Shown here piece by piece: positions 19,677 to 29,213 of a DNA stretch of 59,753 nucleotides. Origin of the DNA: an uncultured Candidatus Bathyarchaeia archaeon (lineage in GTDB: Archaea; Thermoproteota; Bathyarchaeia; Bathyarchaeales; DTEX01); the NCBI GenBank assembly GCA_964431725.1, contig CAYSKG010000001.1:17426-77178 (forward strand). Reading direction: 5' to 3'. Both the position numbers and the translations under genes were made by a program. Position 1 is the first letter of the stretch. Every line of letters starts with the position of its first letter. A model generated the notes under the pieces. The model did not search any database and was not told the DNA's origin. It saw nothing but the letters and a program-made list of their open reading frames with translations.

Positions 19677-20210
19677 TTAGTTTTCTGGTTTATACTTCAT
19701 TCTACTTATGATATCATGCATTTTTCTTTTAATTTCTTTATTAACATTAATTACAACTACGCCCTTATTGGGTTGACCGTACACGACCATAGAGTTTTCT
19801 GGGGCAAGGAGTACTGCGACAATTGTTAGAAGATCCTCTTCACCGTCAACCAGAACTCTCACAAGTCCTTTAGAGTTGATCGCTTCACCAATTATTCGCC
19901 AAGATTCTTCCGTAATTGTACCCGCCGGATTAACAAGCTTTAAAGTTTTGTCGGCCTTAAAAGATAGGGGTTCCATGACCTTGCGCATAGATTTATTATC
20001 AACAATGAAAATATTTAATGGAAATCTTTTTTCAAGCATGCTTTTTGAAATTACATCGCCTACGGAAATAATTTTTTTAGGTTTAATGGACTTCATAATC
20101 TTCCCTAGTTTATTTATGACTTCTTCATTTGATCCGCTGATAAGTAATCCCAATGGGCGCTTTAATTCATTTCTAAGCTCTGGCGTGAGAATATACGTTA
20201 TATTTTTCAC
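19677..20210 (-). CDS. DUF359-family protein (archaeal GTP-dependent dephospho-CoA kinase family)
   Basis: VGDVISKSMLE...FIVDNKSMRK pattern. Sits in the conserved archaeal context rpo7-spt4-DUF359-S24e-S27ae. Confidence 0.7.
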   Translation of the reverse strand: MKNITYILTPELRNELKRPLGLLISGSNEEVINKLGKIMKSIKPKKIISVGDVISKSMLEKRFPLNIFIVDNKSMRKVMEPLSFKADKTLKLVNPAGTITEESWRIIGEAINSKGLVRVLVDGEEDLLTIVAVLLAPENSMVVYGQPNKGVVVINVNKEIKRKMHDIISRMKYKPEN

Positions 20211-20392
20211 CTCACCTTAATTGCGTAGCGTCCCTTCTTTTTAATATTTAGTGTTTTAGCTATAATGGAGTTTTCCGGGTCGAAAATTATTACTAGACCA
20301 CTAAAGTCTTCGCTTAGATCTGTCGATTTACAGTTTGGACAAACATTTTCTTCAGTTATGTAGTGGCATTTTCTACATGCTTTTTCAACCAA
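20207..20392 (-). CDS. spt4: Transcription elongation factor Spt4 (RpoE'')
   Basis: 61 aa with a CRKC...CPNC zinc ribbon, immediately downstream of rpo7. Confidence 0.8.
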   Translation of the reverse strand: MVEKACRKCHYITEENVCPNCKSTDLSEDFSGLVIIFDPENSIIAKTLNIKKKGRYAIKVR

Positions 20393-20406
20393 TTGTTTAA
20401 CACCGC

Positions 20407-21027
20407 CTAGGTTTTCTTAGTCTCTTTTTTCTCTTCCTCAGATTTGAGTCTTTTTAGGTCTTCCTCAATCCATTCAAGTTTACCTAGAAATGGTTGGCGA
20501 GCAGTCACACCTATCTTGCCGAAGCCAGCTCCTTTACCTATTGAAATCGCGGTTATTCTAACACGTATTCTATCGCCGACGGATATTTTCCGCTTAGTTT
20601 CCTTACCCATCAAAACTCCCTGTTTTTCATCGTATGTTATGAAATCATCCATTAATTGAGAGATATGAAGTAGAGCATCAACAGGTCCAATCCGTACAAA
20701 AACACCGAAGTCTGCAACTTCAACAACCTCACCCTCTACAATCTCCTGCACCTTAGGTAGAAACGTCAAAAGATAAAACGTTACTTTATGATGGGTTGCT
20801 GCGTCGCCTGGAATTATCTTTCCTATTGGTGAAACCTTAACGTCTGTAACCGCTATTAAATATCCTAGTTCATCATCAACAACACCTATGTATTTCATTC
20901 TTAGCTGCTCTAAAGCAACTTTTTCAGGTGGTTCGTTAAATCTTTCAGGTGGTATGCGAACAGTATCTTCAACAGCCACTAGATTAAACGTAACTCTCAC
21001 TTCCTCAAGCTTAATATAATGAAACAC
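20407..21027 (-). CDS. rpoE: DNA-directed RNA polymerase subunit Rpo7 (E')
   Basis: VEDTVRIPPERF N-terminus and a C-terminal S1 domain (GEVVEVADFGVFVRIGPVDALLHISQ). The true start is probably an internal GTG a few codons downstream of 21027. Confidence 0.85.
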   Translation of the reverse strand: MFHYIKLEEVRVTFNLVAVEDTVRIPPERFNEPPEKVALEQLRMKYIGVVDDELGYLIAVTDVKVSPIGKIIPGDAATHHKVTFYLLTFLPKVQEIVEGEVVEVADFGVFVRIGPVDALLHISQLMDDFITYDEKQGVLMGKETKRKISVGDRIRVRITAISIGKGAGFGKIGVTARQPFLGKLEWIEEDLKRLKSEEEKKETKKT

Positions 21028-21225
21028 CTAACAAAACTATAAATGCTATATAAAGGTAATTTAAAAACTTTTTGACATGTAACTTGCCTTTAAAGAAGCT
21101 AAACATATTAAATTGTGACGTATTTTTGCGATGATAAGTAAATTAAAAATTCGGAGGTTTGTAAACTTTGTCTCTCAAAAGGATGAATGTAAATTATACT
21201 TTATTAATGGAGAATTTAAGTTTAA

Positions 21226-21576
21226 AATGGTCAGATCTCTATAAACAACCCAAAACCAAAACTATGGTCTTCACCTTCTTTTCAAGATAAATCGAAGCTT
21301 GTCAGAAGCCATGTATCTGAAGTAATGAATAAATTAGCATCCTTTGAAGATGAATGCATATATTATCAGATTGGAAATGAAATTGATTACGGAATGTGTG
21401 ACATATTTGCTTTTGATAAAAAGAAACAGAAAAACATTAGGTGGTTAAAAGAGAGAATATGGGGAAAAGAGGCTGAAATTTTGAAAGAATCCGTCAAAGT
21501 CATCAGAAGTAAATGTCATAGTAACAAACCTATAGCGCTCCATCTAAGAAAAATGGTGGGATCCACATCTCTTTAA
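21226..21576 (+). pseudogene. Remnant of a TIM-barrel glycoside hydrolase (GH53/GH5-like)
   Basis: A short open frame contains YYQIGNEIDYGM (catalytic-acid NE motif region) and KPIALHL. Flanking sequence (about 21170-21700) shows only broken fragments in other frames (e.g. AMKEFKIEYEILF). Confidence 0.4.
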
Positions 21577-21749
21577 CTCTTTTCTTTTAGCCATGAAAGA
21601 ATTCAAAATTGAATATGAAATACTTTTTCATCTCTTTTTATAAAGAAGCCTTTCTTTAAGTAGGAAGTTAGGTGACAACCTTTTTGATCTTGAAATTACC
21701 GAAATTTTTTAAGCTTAATTAGGATAAAAATGTGACATGAGGTGATTTT

Positions 21750-22681
21750 TTGGAAACTCTTCTTCTAAGTGATGAAGAAGTTGGAAATCTTATTTCAATG
21801 GATGATGTTATAGGAGTGGTTGAGGAGGCTTTTAGAGAAAAAGGTCTCGGCAGAGTACAAATGCCTCCTAAAATCTATCTCTTCTTTAAGAAATACAATG
21901 GCGACTTAAGAGCTATGCCCTCCTATCTAGAGTGGATGGATATCTCATCCGTTAAAATCGTAAACGTTCACCCAGAGAATAGAATTAAATATGGCTTTAC
22001 CAACAGTTATGGCTATAATAATTCTCATAGATCCGAGAAGTGGTTTCCCAATAGCCATAATGGGTGGAAAAACGATCACAGATATGCGTACTGGAGCAGC
22101 TGGAGGAATTGCAGCAAAATATCTCGCAAGAAAGAACTCTAAGATCATAGGTCTAGTTGGCGCTGGAGCACAAGCTAGAACTCAACTAGCAACCCTCCTA
22201 AAGATGTTCAGATCTATCGATGAAGTTAGGGTTTGGAGTAGGAGCGATAAGACAAAAAAAGAAATTTAGGGTCTCCATGAATGCGAAATATGGACATTTG
22301 TGTCAAATAACTACTGTTGATAGCGTTGAGGATGCTATTAGAGGAGCCGACATAGTTATAACTGTAACTCCGTCAAGAAAACCCCTCGTGATGAGTGATT
22401 GTTCAATTTTAAAAGGAGCCAAAATAGTTGTTGATGATTGGGAGCAAGCTTCACATAGCGGAGAAATAAACGTCCCTCTAAGTAGAGGATTAATATCTAA
22501 AAATGAGATTTGGGCTGAAATAGGTGAAATTGTGGCTGGAAAGAAAGTTGGAAGAACAAACGACGAGAAAGTAACTATATTTGTTTCAACTGGACTAGCT
22601 ATTCAAGATGCTGTTACAGCCTACCTCGTATATAAAAGGGCATTAGAGAAAAAAGTGGGCAGAAGACTTAAGCTCATTTAA
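21750..22681 (+). pseudogene. Ornithine cyclodeaminase / mu-crystallin family (archaeal alanine-dehydrogenase-like), disrupted
   Basis: Three overlapping ORFs in three frames together reconstruct one OCD-family protein. Frameshifts lie at T3 (21996-21998) and A7 (22254-22260). The conserved GTHINAIGA region between TVTPSRKP and KIVVDD is missing. Confidence 0.8.
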
Positions 22682-22711
22682 GAATGTTTATTCAGAAAAA
22701 TTAAGGTATTT

Positions 22712-23716
22712 TTATTCGAATCTTCTATCTATAATATCCCAAACCCCAGGTCCAGTTCCTATTAAGGTCACTGGTATCTTTATTTCGTCTTCTATCTTTC
22801 TAATGAATTTTTTTGCTTTATCGGAGAGATCGCTAAAGGATTCTGCATTCTTACATTCTGGGAATAGTATGTCAATCTTAGTTATAGCCGCCTGTGTAGC
22901 GCTGTTAAGCATGACGGCTCTCTTAGCTAAATCAAAATTAAAGGGTGCAGCTCTCCGTCTTCTACCAGTCACCGAAGCTATTTCAGCCCATCCCCTTTTT
23001 TCAGCTTCCTCCCACGATATTTCTCCCGGAAGAGGTCCAGCGCCAACCCTAGTGACAAAAGCTTTAAACACAACTATTACATCATCAACCTTTTTTGGTC
23101 CAACACCAACATCTGAGCATGCTGCTGAAGCAGTTACATCCTTAGATGTAACATATGGGTAAGTTCCATGCCATAAAGACAAGAATGTTCCTTGAGTTCC
23201 TTCGATTAAAACATTCTCCCCATTATCTATTGCAGTATTAACTTCTAGAGGTACATCGACGAGGAAAGGTTTGAGCTCCGGTATATCCTTAGCGAGCTTA
23301 GCTCTCCGTAATACGCGATCAGCATTACATGGTCCAGTTCCAGTTCCAGTAGTCTTTATTTTAGATGCTAAGTGTCCAGCTCTATCAATTTCAATATGTT
23401 TAGGCTCTATTATGGCGCATTGCGGATCTAAACCAGCTCTGTCACCAGCGTTAACCAGCTTAACTTCATTTAAAAAAACTTCCGGATTAACCAGCACTCC
23501 CGGACCTATAAGTAATCTACATTCCTTATATACAAAGGCGCTCGGTATCATGCGGAGCTTATAGGTTTTGTTGTTATAAATTACGGTGTGTCCAGCGTTT
23601 GGACCGACACCTGCCCTAGCTGCTACTTTAATCTTATCTTTTAATGCTAAATACGAGATAACTTTACCCTTTCCAGTGTCGCCAAAGAAGCCGCAAACAA
23701 CTACTGTACATGACAT
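22712..23716 (-). CDS. purA: Adenylosuccinate synthetase (short archaeal form)
   Basis: GDTGKGK P-loop, GVGPNAGHT and TTGTGTGP motifs. Confidence 0.85.
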   Translation of the reverse strand: MSCTVVVCGFFGDTGKGKVISYLALKDKIKVAARAGVGPNAGHTVIYNNKTYKLRMIPSAFVYKECRLLIGPGVLVNPEVFLNEVKLVNAGDRAGLDPQCAIIEPKHIEIDRAGHLASKIKTTGTGTGPCNADRVLRRAKLAKDIPELKPFLVDVPLEVNTAIDNGENVLIEGTQGTFLSLWHGTYPYVTSKDVTASAACSDVGVGPKKVDDVIVVFKAFVTRVGAGPLPGEISWEEAEKRGWAEIASVTGRRRRAAPFNFDLAKRAVMLNSATQAAITKIDILFPECKNAESFSDLSDKAKKFIRKIEDEIKIPVTLIGTGPGVWDIIDRRFE

Positions 23717-23836
23717 TTAAATCACATCCTTTAAACAAACAATTTAATGTTCAAAAACAATTATAACATTTTTCATGAACTTTACCTCTTTTTGTCAGAA
23801 AAGACATTTTAAATTGAAAATTGTAGATATATAGTT

Positions 23837-24595
23837 ATGCGCATGATTAAAATTATCCCAATTATCGGATTACCGCTGATCAAACCCGGAGACGACTTAG
23901 GGCTTCTTATATGCAAGACCGCAGCTAAGCAAGGTACACCTATAGAGGATGGCGATATTATCGTTGTGACCCATGTTGTTGTTTCAAGAGCTGAGGGAAA
24001 CGTAGTAAACCTTGATGAAATTTCCCCATCAGAATTTGCTAAGTCCATAGCTAGAGAGCTCGGTAAAGATCCGGCTTTAGTTGAAGTCGTTTTAAGGGAA
24101 TCTAAATCTATTGTTCGTATGGGTAATGGTCATCTGATAGTTGAAACCAAACATGGCTTCATATGTGCCAATGCTGGCATAGATAAATCTAATGTTCCGG
24201 GTAGAAGAAACGTGGCGTTATTACCTAAAGATCCAGATCTTTCAGCCCGTAGGATCAGGCAGAGAATAAAAGAGATCTCAGGCAAAGATGTAGCAGTTAT
24301 AATCTCTGATACTCATGGCAGGCCTCTCAGAAATGGTGAAATAAACATAGCTATTGGAGTCGCTGGCATAAAGCCTATCAGAGACAGGAGAGGTGAAAGG
24401 GACCTCTTCGGTTACACTCTCAAGATCAAACGGACAGCGATTGCCGACGAATTATCTTCAACTGCTGAGCTGGTTATGGGACAAGCTGACGAAGGAATAC
24501 CTGCAGCCATAATTAGAGGCTACAAATATGAAAAAGCCGAAAATGTAACTGCAAAAGATCTTATAAGATCTAGAGAGAAAGATCTTTTCATATAA
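23837..24595 (+). CDS. cofE: Coenzyme F420-0:L-glutamate ligase
   Basis: LPLIKPGDDL, VVVSRAEG, CANAGIDKSN and ISDTHGRP motifs of the CofE family. Confidence 0.8.
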   Translation: MRMIKIIPIIGLPLIKPGDDLGLLICKTAAKQGTPIEDGDIIVVTHVVVSRAEGNVVNLDEISPSEFAKSIARELGKDPALVEVVLRESKSIVRMGNGHLIVETKHGFICANAGIDKSNVPGRRNVALLPKDPDLSARRIRQRIKEISGKDVAVIISDTHGRPLRNGEINIAIGVAGIKPIRDRRGERDLFGYTLKIKRTAIADELSSTAELVMGQADEGIPAAIIRGYKYEKAENVTAKDLIRSREKDLFI

Positions 24596-24641
24596 AAGAA
24601 GTTTTTCAGTTAATTTTAATTGGCACCTTAATAGTTTGACA

Positions 24642-25274
24642 TTATCGTAAGGGTCCCTTCTTCTTTATAATGGCTTCAGCTTTTCTCAAATCTATAGGCA
24701 TATTAATGTTAAAAAAGGTAATCATCTTAGGATCAATTTCTCTAATGACTAGTGTTGAGAGATAACGAACTCTCCGAAGCAAGGAAATCATATACCGCAA
24801 TCTCTTTTCACCTTTTTTAAGCGCTTCCCTTGCAGCCTCCAATGTTGATCTGGTTCTATAAACTGCCTGTAATGGCTCGAGATAACCATTTGGCCATCGA
24901 GGGATAACAGCGTCAACTCCGATAGCTATGTCAAACATTAAGTCTATAAGTTTCTTCGATAAGAATGGTGTGTCACAGGGCAATATGATGGAGTATTTAC
25001 TTCGGGCTCTTTTCAGCCCAGTGAGGGCTCCAGTAAGCGGGCATGCGGGAAGATTTTTTTCATCAATAGCTATTTCACAATTATCTGAGATAATGGGTGA
25101 AAATAGGCTTGCCTGCTCATTAGACTTTAAACAGATGATCACTTCATCAACGATGTCTTGAATTCTTTCAATTACATATAGTATCAGTGGTTTGCCCGCT
25201 AAATTAGCTAAGCCTTTTTCAGTTCTGAATCTTTGTGAATCCCCGCCCGCTAATATTATCGCTGATCTACTCAT
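24642..25274 (-). CDS. MobA-like nucleotidyltransferase (molybdenum cofactor guanylyltransferase-like)
   Basis: The IILAGGDSQRF N-terminal signature and LPCDTPF motif fit the MobA-like NTP-transferase fold. Confidence 0.65.
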   Translation of the reverse strand: MSRSAIILAGGDSQRFRTEKGLANLAGKPLILYVIERIQDIVDEVIICLKSNEQASLFSPIISDNCEIAIDEKNLPACPLTGALTGLKRARSKYSIILPCDTPFLSKKLIDLMFDIAIGVDAVIPRWPNGYLEPLQAVYRTRSTLEAAREALKKGEKRLRYMISLLRRVRYLSTLVIREIDPKMITFFNINMPIDLRKAEAIIKKKGPLR

Positions 25275-26167
25275 TATTTTTTCTCCATTTTCTTTATTCT
25301 GCTAATAACATGGTTAATGATTTCCTCCGCTATATTAACTTTCGTCACACTCTGTAGCCCTTTCCATCCCGGCTGACTGTTAATCTCGATAATAAAATTT
25401 CCTTTTTCACTCTCGAGAATATCGACGCCGGCAACTTCACAACCAACAACTTCCGCAGCTTTTATAGCTAATTGCTCTATTTTCTTTGTTGGTTTATATG
25501 CCACTGGCTCAGCCCCTAAACTTATATTGGTCTTCCACGAATCTGAAAATCTTCGCATAGCTGCTAAGACCTGTCCGCCTAAAACGAAAACTCGCACATC
25601 ATAGTTTCCATGAGGTATAAATTCCTGCAAGTATATTACCTGATGATGAAATTCGATTGCTCTAAACACTCTTTCAGCAATATTTGGATCTGAAATTCTT
25701 GTTGAACCTATTCCACGTGAACCAAATATGGGCTTAACTACTACATCTCCGCCTAGATCATTAAAAGCTCTCAGCGCCTCACGAGAGCTTTCGGTGACAA
25801 TTGTTCGTGGAACTGGTAAATCTGCTTCCTCTAGAAGCGATAAAGCGTAATATTTATCAACTGACCGTTCTATAGCGCGGGGGGAATTAAGAATGTACAA
25901 GCCGAGCCTATGAAGTCTATGTAGTAAATCCATGCGGAATATTATTTCTTCCAGAGATCCCCGTCCAATAGGTCGCACTATTATAGCTTTAAGATCTTTA
26001 AGAAGATCAATTTCTTCTAAGGAAACCTCTGGTTTAAAGCCGACTCTAGCTATAAGACTTGAAAAACTAAAGCAGAGAGGCTGTAAGCCGCATTTAAGAA
26101 TAGCCTTTTTTAATTGTGTTGTGCACCAAGAATTTTCATTACGAGTTAAAATGCCAATTTTCCACAT
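25274..26167 (-). CDS. RimK-family ATP-grasp alpha-L-glutamate ligase
   Basis: VVKPIFGSRGIG, YLQEFI, DVRVFVLGG, WKTNISLGA and GVDILE...IIEINSQPG motifs. Confidence 0.75.
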   Translation of the reverse strand: MWKIGILTRNENSWCTTQLKKAILKCGLQPLCFSFSSLIARVGFKPEVSLEEIDLLKDLKAIIVRPIGRGSLEEIIFRMDLLHRLHRLGLYILNSPRAIERSVDKYYALSLLEEADLPVPRTIVTESSREALRAFNDLGGDVVVKPIFGSRGIGSTRISDPNIAERVFRAIEFHHQVIYLQEFIPHGNYDVRVFVLGGQVLAAMRRFSDSWKTNISLGAEPVAYKPTKKIEQLAIKAAEVVGCEVAGVDILESEKGNFIIEINSQPGWKGLQSVTKVNIAEEIINHVISRIKKMEKK

Positions 26168-26286
26168 CAGTCTTTTTCACTCCATTAAAAAGGGAAATTC
26201 AAATTAGCAATATTAATGTTTCACAAGCTTTTATTAGTGAAAGGTAAAACTATCTTTAAATTTATCATCATCTATAAGATAAAGAT

Positions 26287-27381
26287 ATGTACAGTGGAAA
26301 ACCATCCTTATCCTATAGAGAAAATTACTTGAGAAGCGTGGAATTTAAAAACCCAGAGTATATACCTTGTCGTGTGATAATTACATGGCCTATATGGAAC
26401 ACCTACAGAAAGAAGCTTAAAAAAAATCGCTGTAAAACACCAGCTTCTTTTTCCTGATTTTAAATCTGAGATGATTCAATTTAATGATCGAATCGGTGTT
26501 TTAAGAGATAATCGTTTGATTAAAGATCCTTTTGGATGTATATGGAGATTCACCATAAAGGGGTTATCAAGGACAAGTCGTAAAGCACCCGCTTGAAAAT
26601 TGGGAAAATTTTAAGAGCTACAGCTTTCCGGATCCAGAGGAAGGTTTGCCCTCCGAAGGATCGGATAAGCCTACACCATGGAACAGCGTATTCGAAAATC
26701 TAGAGAAACTAAAAGCAGAAGGTAGATTAATTTACGTGCCTCTAATGCATGGTTTCTTCTTTCGGAGACTCTATTATCTCAGAGGTTTTACAAACCTTAT
26801 GAGGGACTTTATAGCTAAACCGCCTTACCTATATGATTTAATTGAAAGACTAATCGAATATATTCTGAATTTAGTAAACATTCTCTTAAAATTTAGTAAG
26901 ATAGATGTAATATATTTTTGGAGACGATTTGGGGACACAAACCAGAATGCCCATAAACCCAACGGCATTTAAGGAATTCATATATCCAAGCTACCGCAAG
27001 ATTTTTCAGCGAGTAAGAAATGTTGGCACCCACGTATATTTTCACTCAGATGGACATGTCGTTGAAGTAATAGATCAATTAATAAGCACCGGCATCAGCA
27101 TACTGAACATACAGGACAAAGTTAATGGTTTAGAGAACATAAAGTCCCTGTGCAAAGGTAAAGTCTGTGTGGAAGTAGATATTGATAGGTAGCATCTCGT
27201 GCCTTTTGGAAGACCCCGAGAAATTAAAAGGCATATTAGACATGTTGTGAAAGAGTTCGCCATGAAAGAAGGTGGCTTAATGATTGAATCCGAAATTCAC
27301 CCGCCTACTCCATTAAGAAATATCGAGGCGCTCGTAGAATCAATGGAGAAATACATGTGGCTACTTCAAGAAGAAACCTAA
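26287..27381 (+). pseudogene. Uroporphyrinogen-decarboxylase (URO-D)-family gene, multiply disrupted
   Basis: One URO-D-like protein can be reassembled from four frames or pieces. Frameshifts lie at A8 (26419-26426), about 26566-26572, and T5 (26915-26919). There is also an in-frame TAG at 27190-27192 (DIDR*HLVPFG). Confidence 0.7.
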
Positions 27382-27393
27382 AAAGATTCAAGA

Positions 27394-28743
27394 TCACACT
27401 ATTTTTGCTTCTAAATAATTTACATGAGCTTTAACCACTTTTACATTAACGAATTTTCCAAGAAGATTTTCTCGGCTTCTCACAACTATAGGCTTATAAG
27501 CATAGTTTCTTCCAATCCACGAATCCTTCGATCCCCTTTCATCTACCAATATTTCTCCTTCCCAACCAAGCCAATATTCATTTCTTTTAAGTGATATAGC
27601 CCTAGCCAGCTTAGTCATCATACGACTTCTAAATGCTATCTCTTTAGAATCAATCTGCTTCATACGTGCAGCAGGGGTATTTGGTCTCGGAAAAAACTTA
27701 GATATGTTAATAACATCTGGTTTAATATTTTCCATAAGCTTCAGAGTTTTTTCAAATGCTTCTCTGCTTTCACTAGGAAAGCCGCAGATAACATCGGTAG
27801 CAATCGTTATATTGGGAATCTCCCTCCTAAATGAATTCACTATCAATTTAAAATCTTCAACTGTATACCGCCGATTCATTAATCCTAAAACTTCATTATC
27901 TCCACTTTGAACGGGTAAATGCAGAAATTTAAATATTTGCTTTTCCTTGTAGGCATCTATGAGCTCTGGCAGAATTTTTGAGACATGATTTGGATTCATC
28001 ATTCCAATTCTAATAAAGAATTTACCCTTAACTATACAACATTTTTTGATGAGCTCGGCCAGATTGGTTCCAATATCCAGCCCATATGCTCCGTTATCTT
28101 GGGACGTTAGCCAGATTTCTCTAGCTCCCTCTGAAATAGCCTCTTTAAGTCTTTCAACAATCAGGTCAGGTGGATATGAAAATAATGTGCCCCTGGCAAA
28201 TCTGACACAGCAGAATGAGCATTTTCCTAGACATCCTTCGGATATAGGAATTATTTCTATTATATTATTAAGCCTTATTTTCGGCTGCCTTAACTTAACC
28301 TTAGGCTTATCCGAGAAAAATATCCGTTTCCTCTCGCCTTTTTCAGCTAATTTTATTGCTTTAACAATTTTATCAATGCTGTAAGGATCTAAAATCGCTG
28401 AAATATTCGGAGCGGCCTTAAGGATCGATTTTAAGTTGATCTTTGGTAAGCAACCCGTAACAATAAGCGGTTTATTTAGACGGCTAAAGGAACGTAATCT
28501 ATTCAATATTCTATCCTCAGTTGGCTTTTTAACGCCACAAGTATTCACTATTATAATATCTGCTTCATTCAGTCTATCAGATATTCTATACCCAGCCTTC
28601 AGAATGCAAGCAAGCATCATCTCAAAATCGGCTTTGTTTGCAGCACAGCCATAGCTCTCAGCATAAACAACTCTACCCAAACCAGAAGAGTTCCCTTCAC
28701 CTCTCTCATATTCTATATCCAGCTGAATATCTGTACTAAACAA
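27394..28743 (-). CDS. Radical-SAM methylthiotransferase (archaeal MtaB/CDKAL1-like, tRNA t6A37 methylthiolation)
   Basis: N-terminal UPF0004 Cys motif (SYGCAANKAD), radical SAM CLGKCSFCC, and a C-terminal TRAM-like domain (GKFVNVKVVKA). Confidence 0.85.
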   Translation of the reverse strand: MFSTDIQLDIEYERGEGNSSGLGRVVYAESYGCAANKADFEMMLACILKAGYRISDRLNEADIIIVNTCGVKKPTEDRILNRLRSFSRLNKPLIVTGCLPKINLKSILKAAPNISAILDPYSIDKIVKAIKLAEKGERKRIFFSDKPKVKLRQPKIRLNNIIEIIPISEGCLGKCSFCCVRFARGTLFSYPPDLIVERLKEAISEGAREIWLTSQDNGAYGLDIGTNLAELIKKCCIVKGKFFIRIGMMNPNHVSKILPELIDAYKEKQIFKFLHLPVQSGDNEVLGLMNRRYTVEDFKLIVNSFRREIPNITIATDVICGFPSESREAFEKTLKLMENIKPDVINISKFFPRPNTPAARMKQIDSKEIAFRSRMMTKLARAISLKRNEYWLGWEGEILVDERGSKDSWIGRNYAYKPIVVRSRENLLGKFVNVKVVKAHVNYLEAKIV

Positions 28744-29045
28744 TTTTAACCAATAAAATGGTTGAAATGAATTATATAAGCTTACTCCACCAAAAAAGAA
28801 AATTAAAAATGCTTTTCGCCTTTAATGTTCGAATCATACCTTCGATTTTTTAATATTCTTTAGGACGAAAAATTTAATAGTGAAAAGTTCTCTCTACCAG
28901 AATACTCAAATTTTTTGATAAAGTTTCGTTAAATCGAATAGCAAAATTTATAAGATAAAGTAACAAACATGATTAAATCATATTTTAATATTATTATGCA
29001 GTGATTTATGTTATATCATAATCATTTCTAATTCGGTGGTATTAT

Positions 29046-29213
29046 ATGAAGCTCATAACCATATATCTCCCTGAACCATATTTAGAGGCTTTGGATGAGC
29101 TAGTTAACAGGCGATATTATCCGCATAGAGCTGAAGCCATTAGAGCAGCTATACGAGATTTGATTGAAGTTGAGTTATGGAGACGGAAGCGCCATGGCAA
29201 AGCTAGCCGATAA
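29046..29213 (+). CDS. Ribbon-helix-helix (CopG-like) small protein, not in the ORF track
   Basis: ATG at 29046 is preceded by GGTGG, 6 nt upstream. The 55-codon product [55 protein letters not shown] has the beta-strand/helix/helix RHH pattern. Its stop at 29211-29213 overlaps ftsZ. Confidence 0.65.
   Translation: MKLITIYLPEPYLEALDELVNRRYYPHRAEAIRAAIRDLIEVELWRRKRHGKASR

Noticed and set aside
27190-27192. In-frame TAG in the URO-D-like gene, considered as a possible pyrrolysine codon.
   Set aside because: Pyrrolysine is known in MtmB/MtbB/MttB-type methyltransferases, not in URO-D/MtaA-like proteins. The same gene carries three frameshifts. No pyl genes are visible. A CAG-to-TAG nonsense mutation is the simpler reading.
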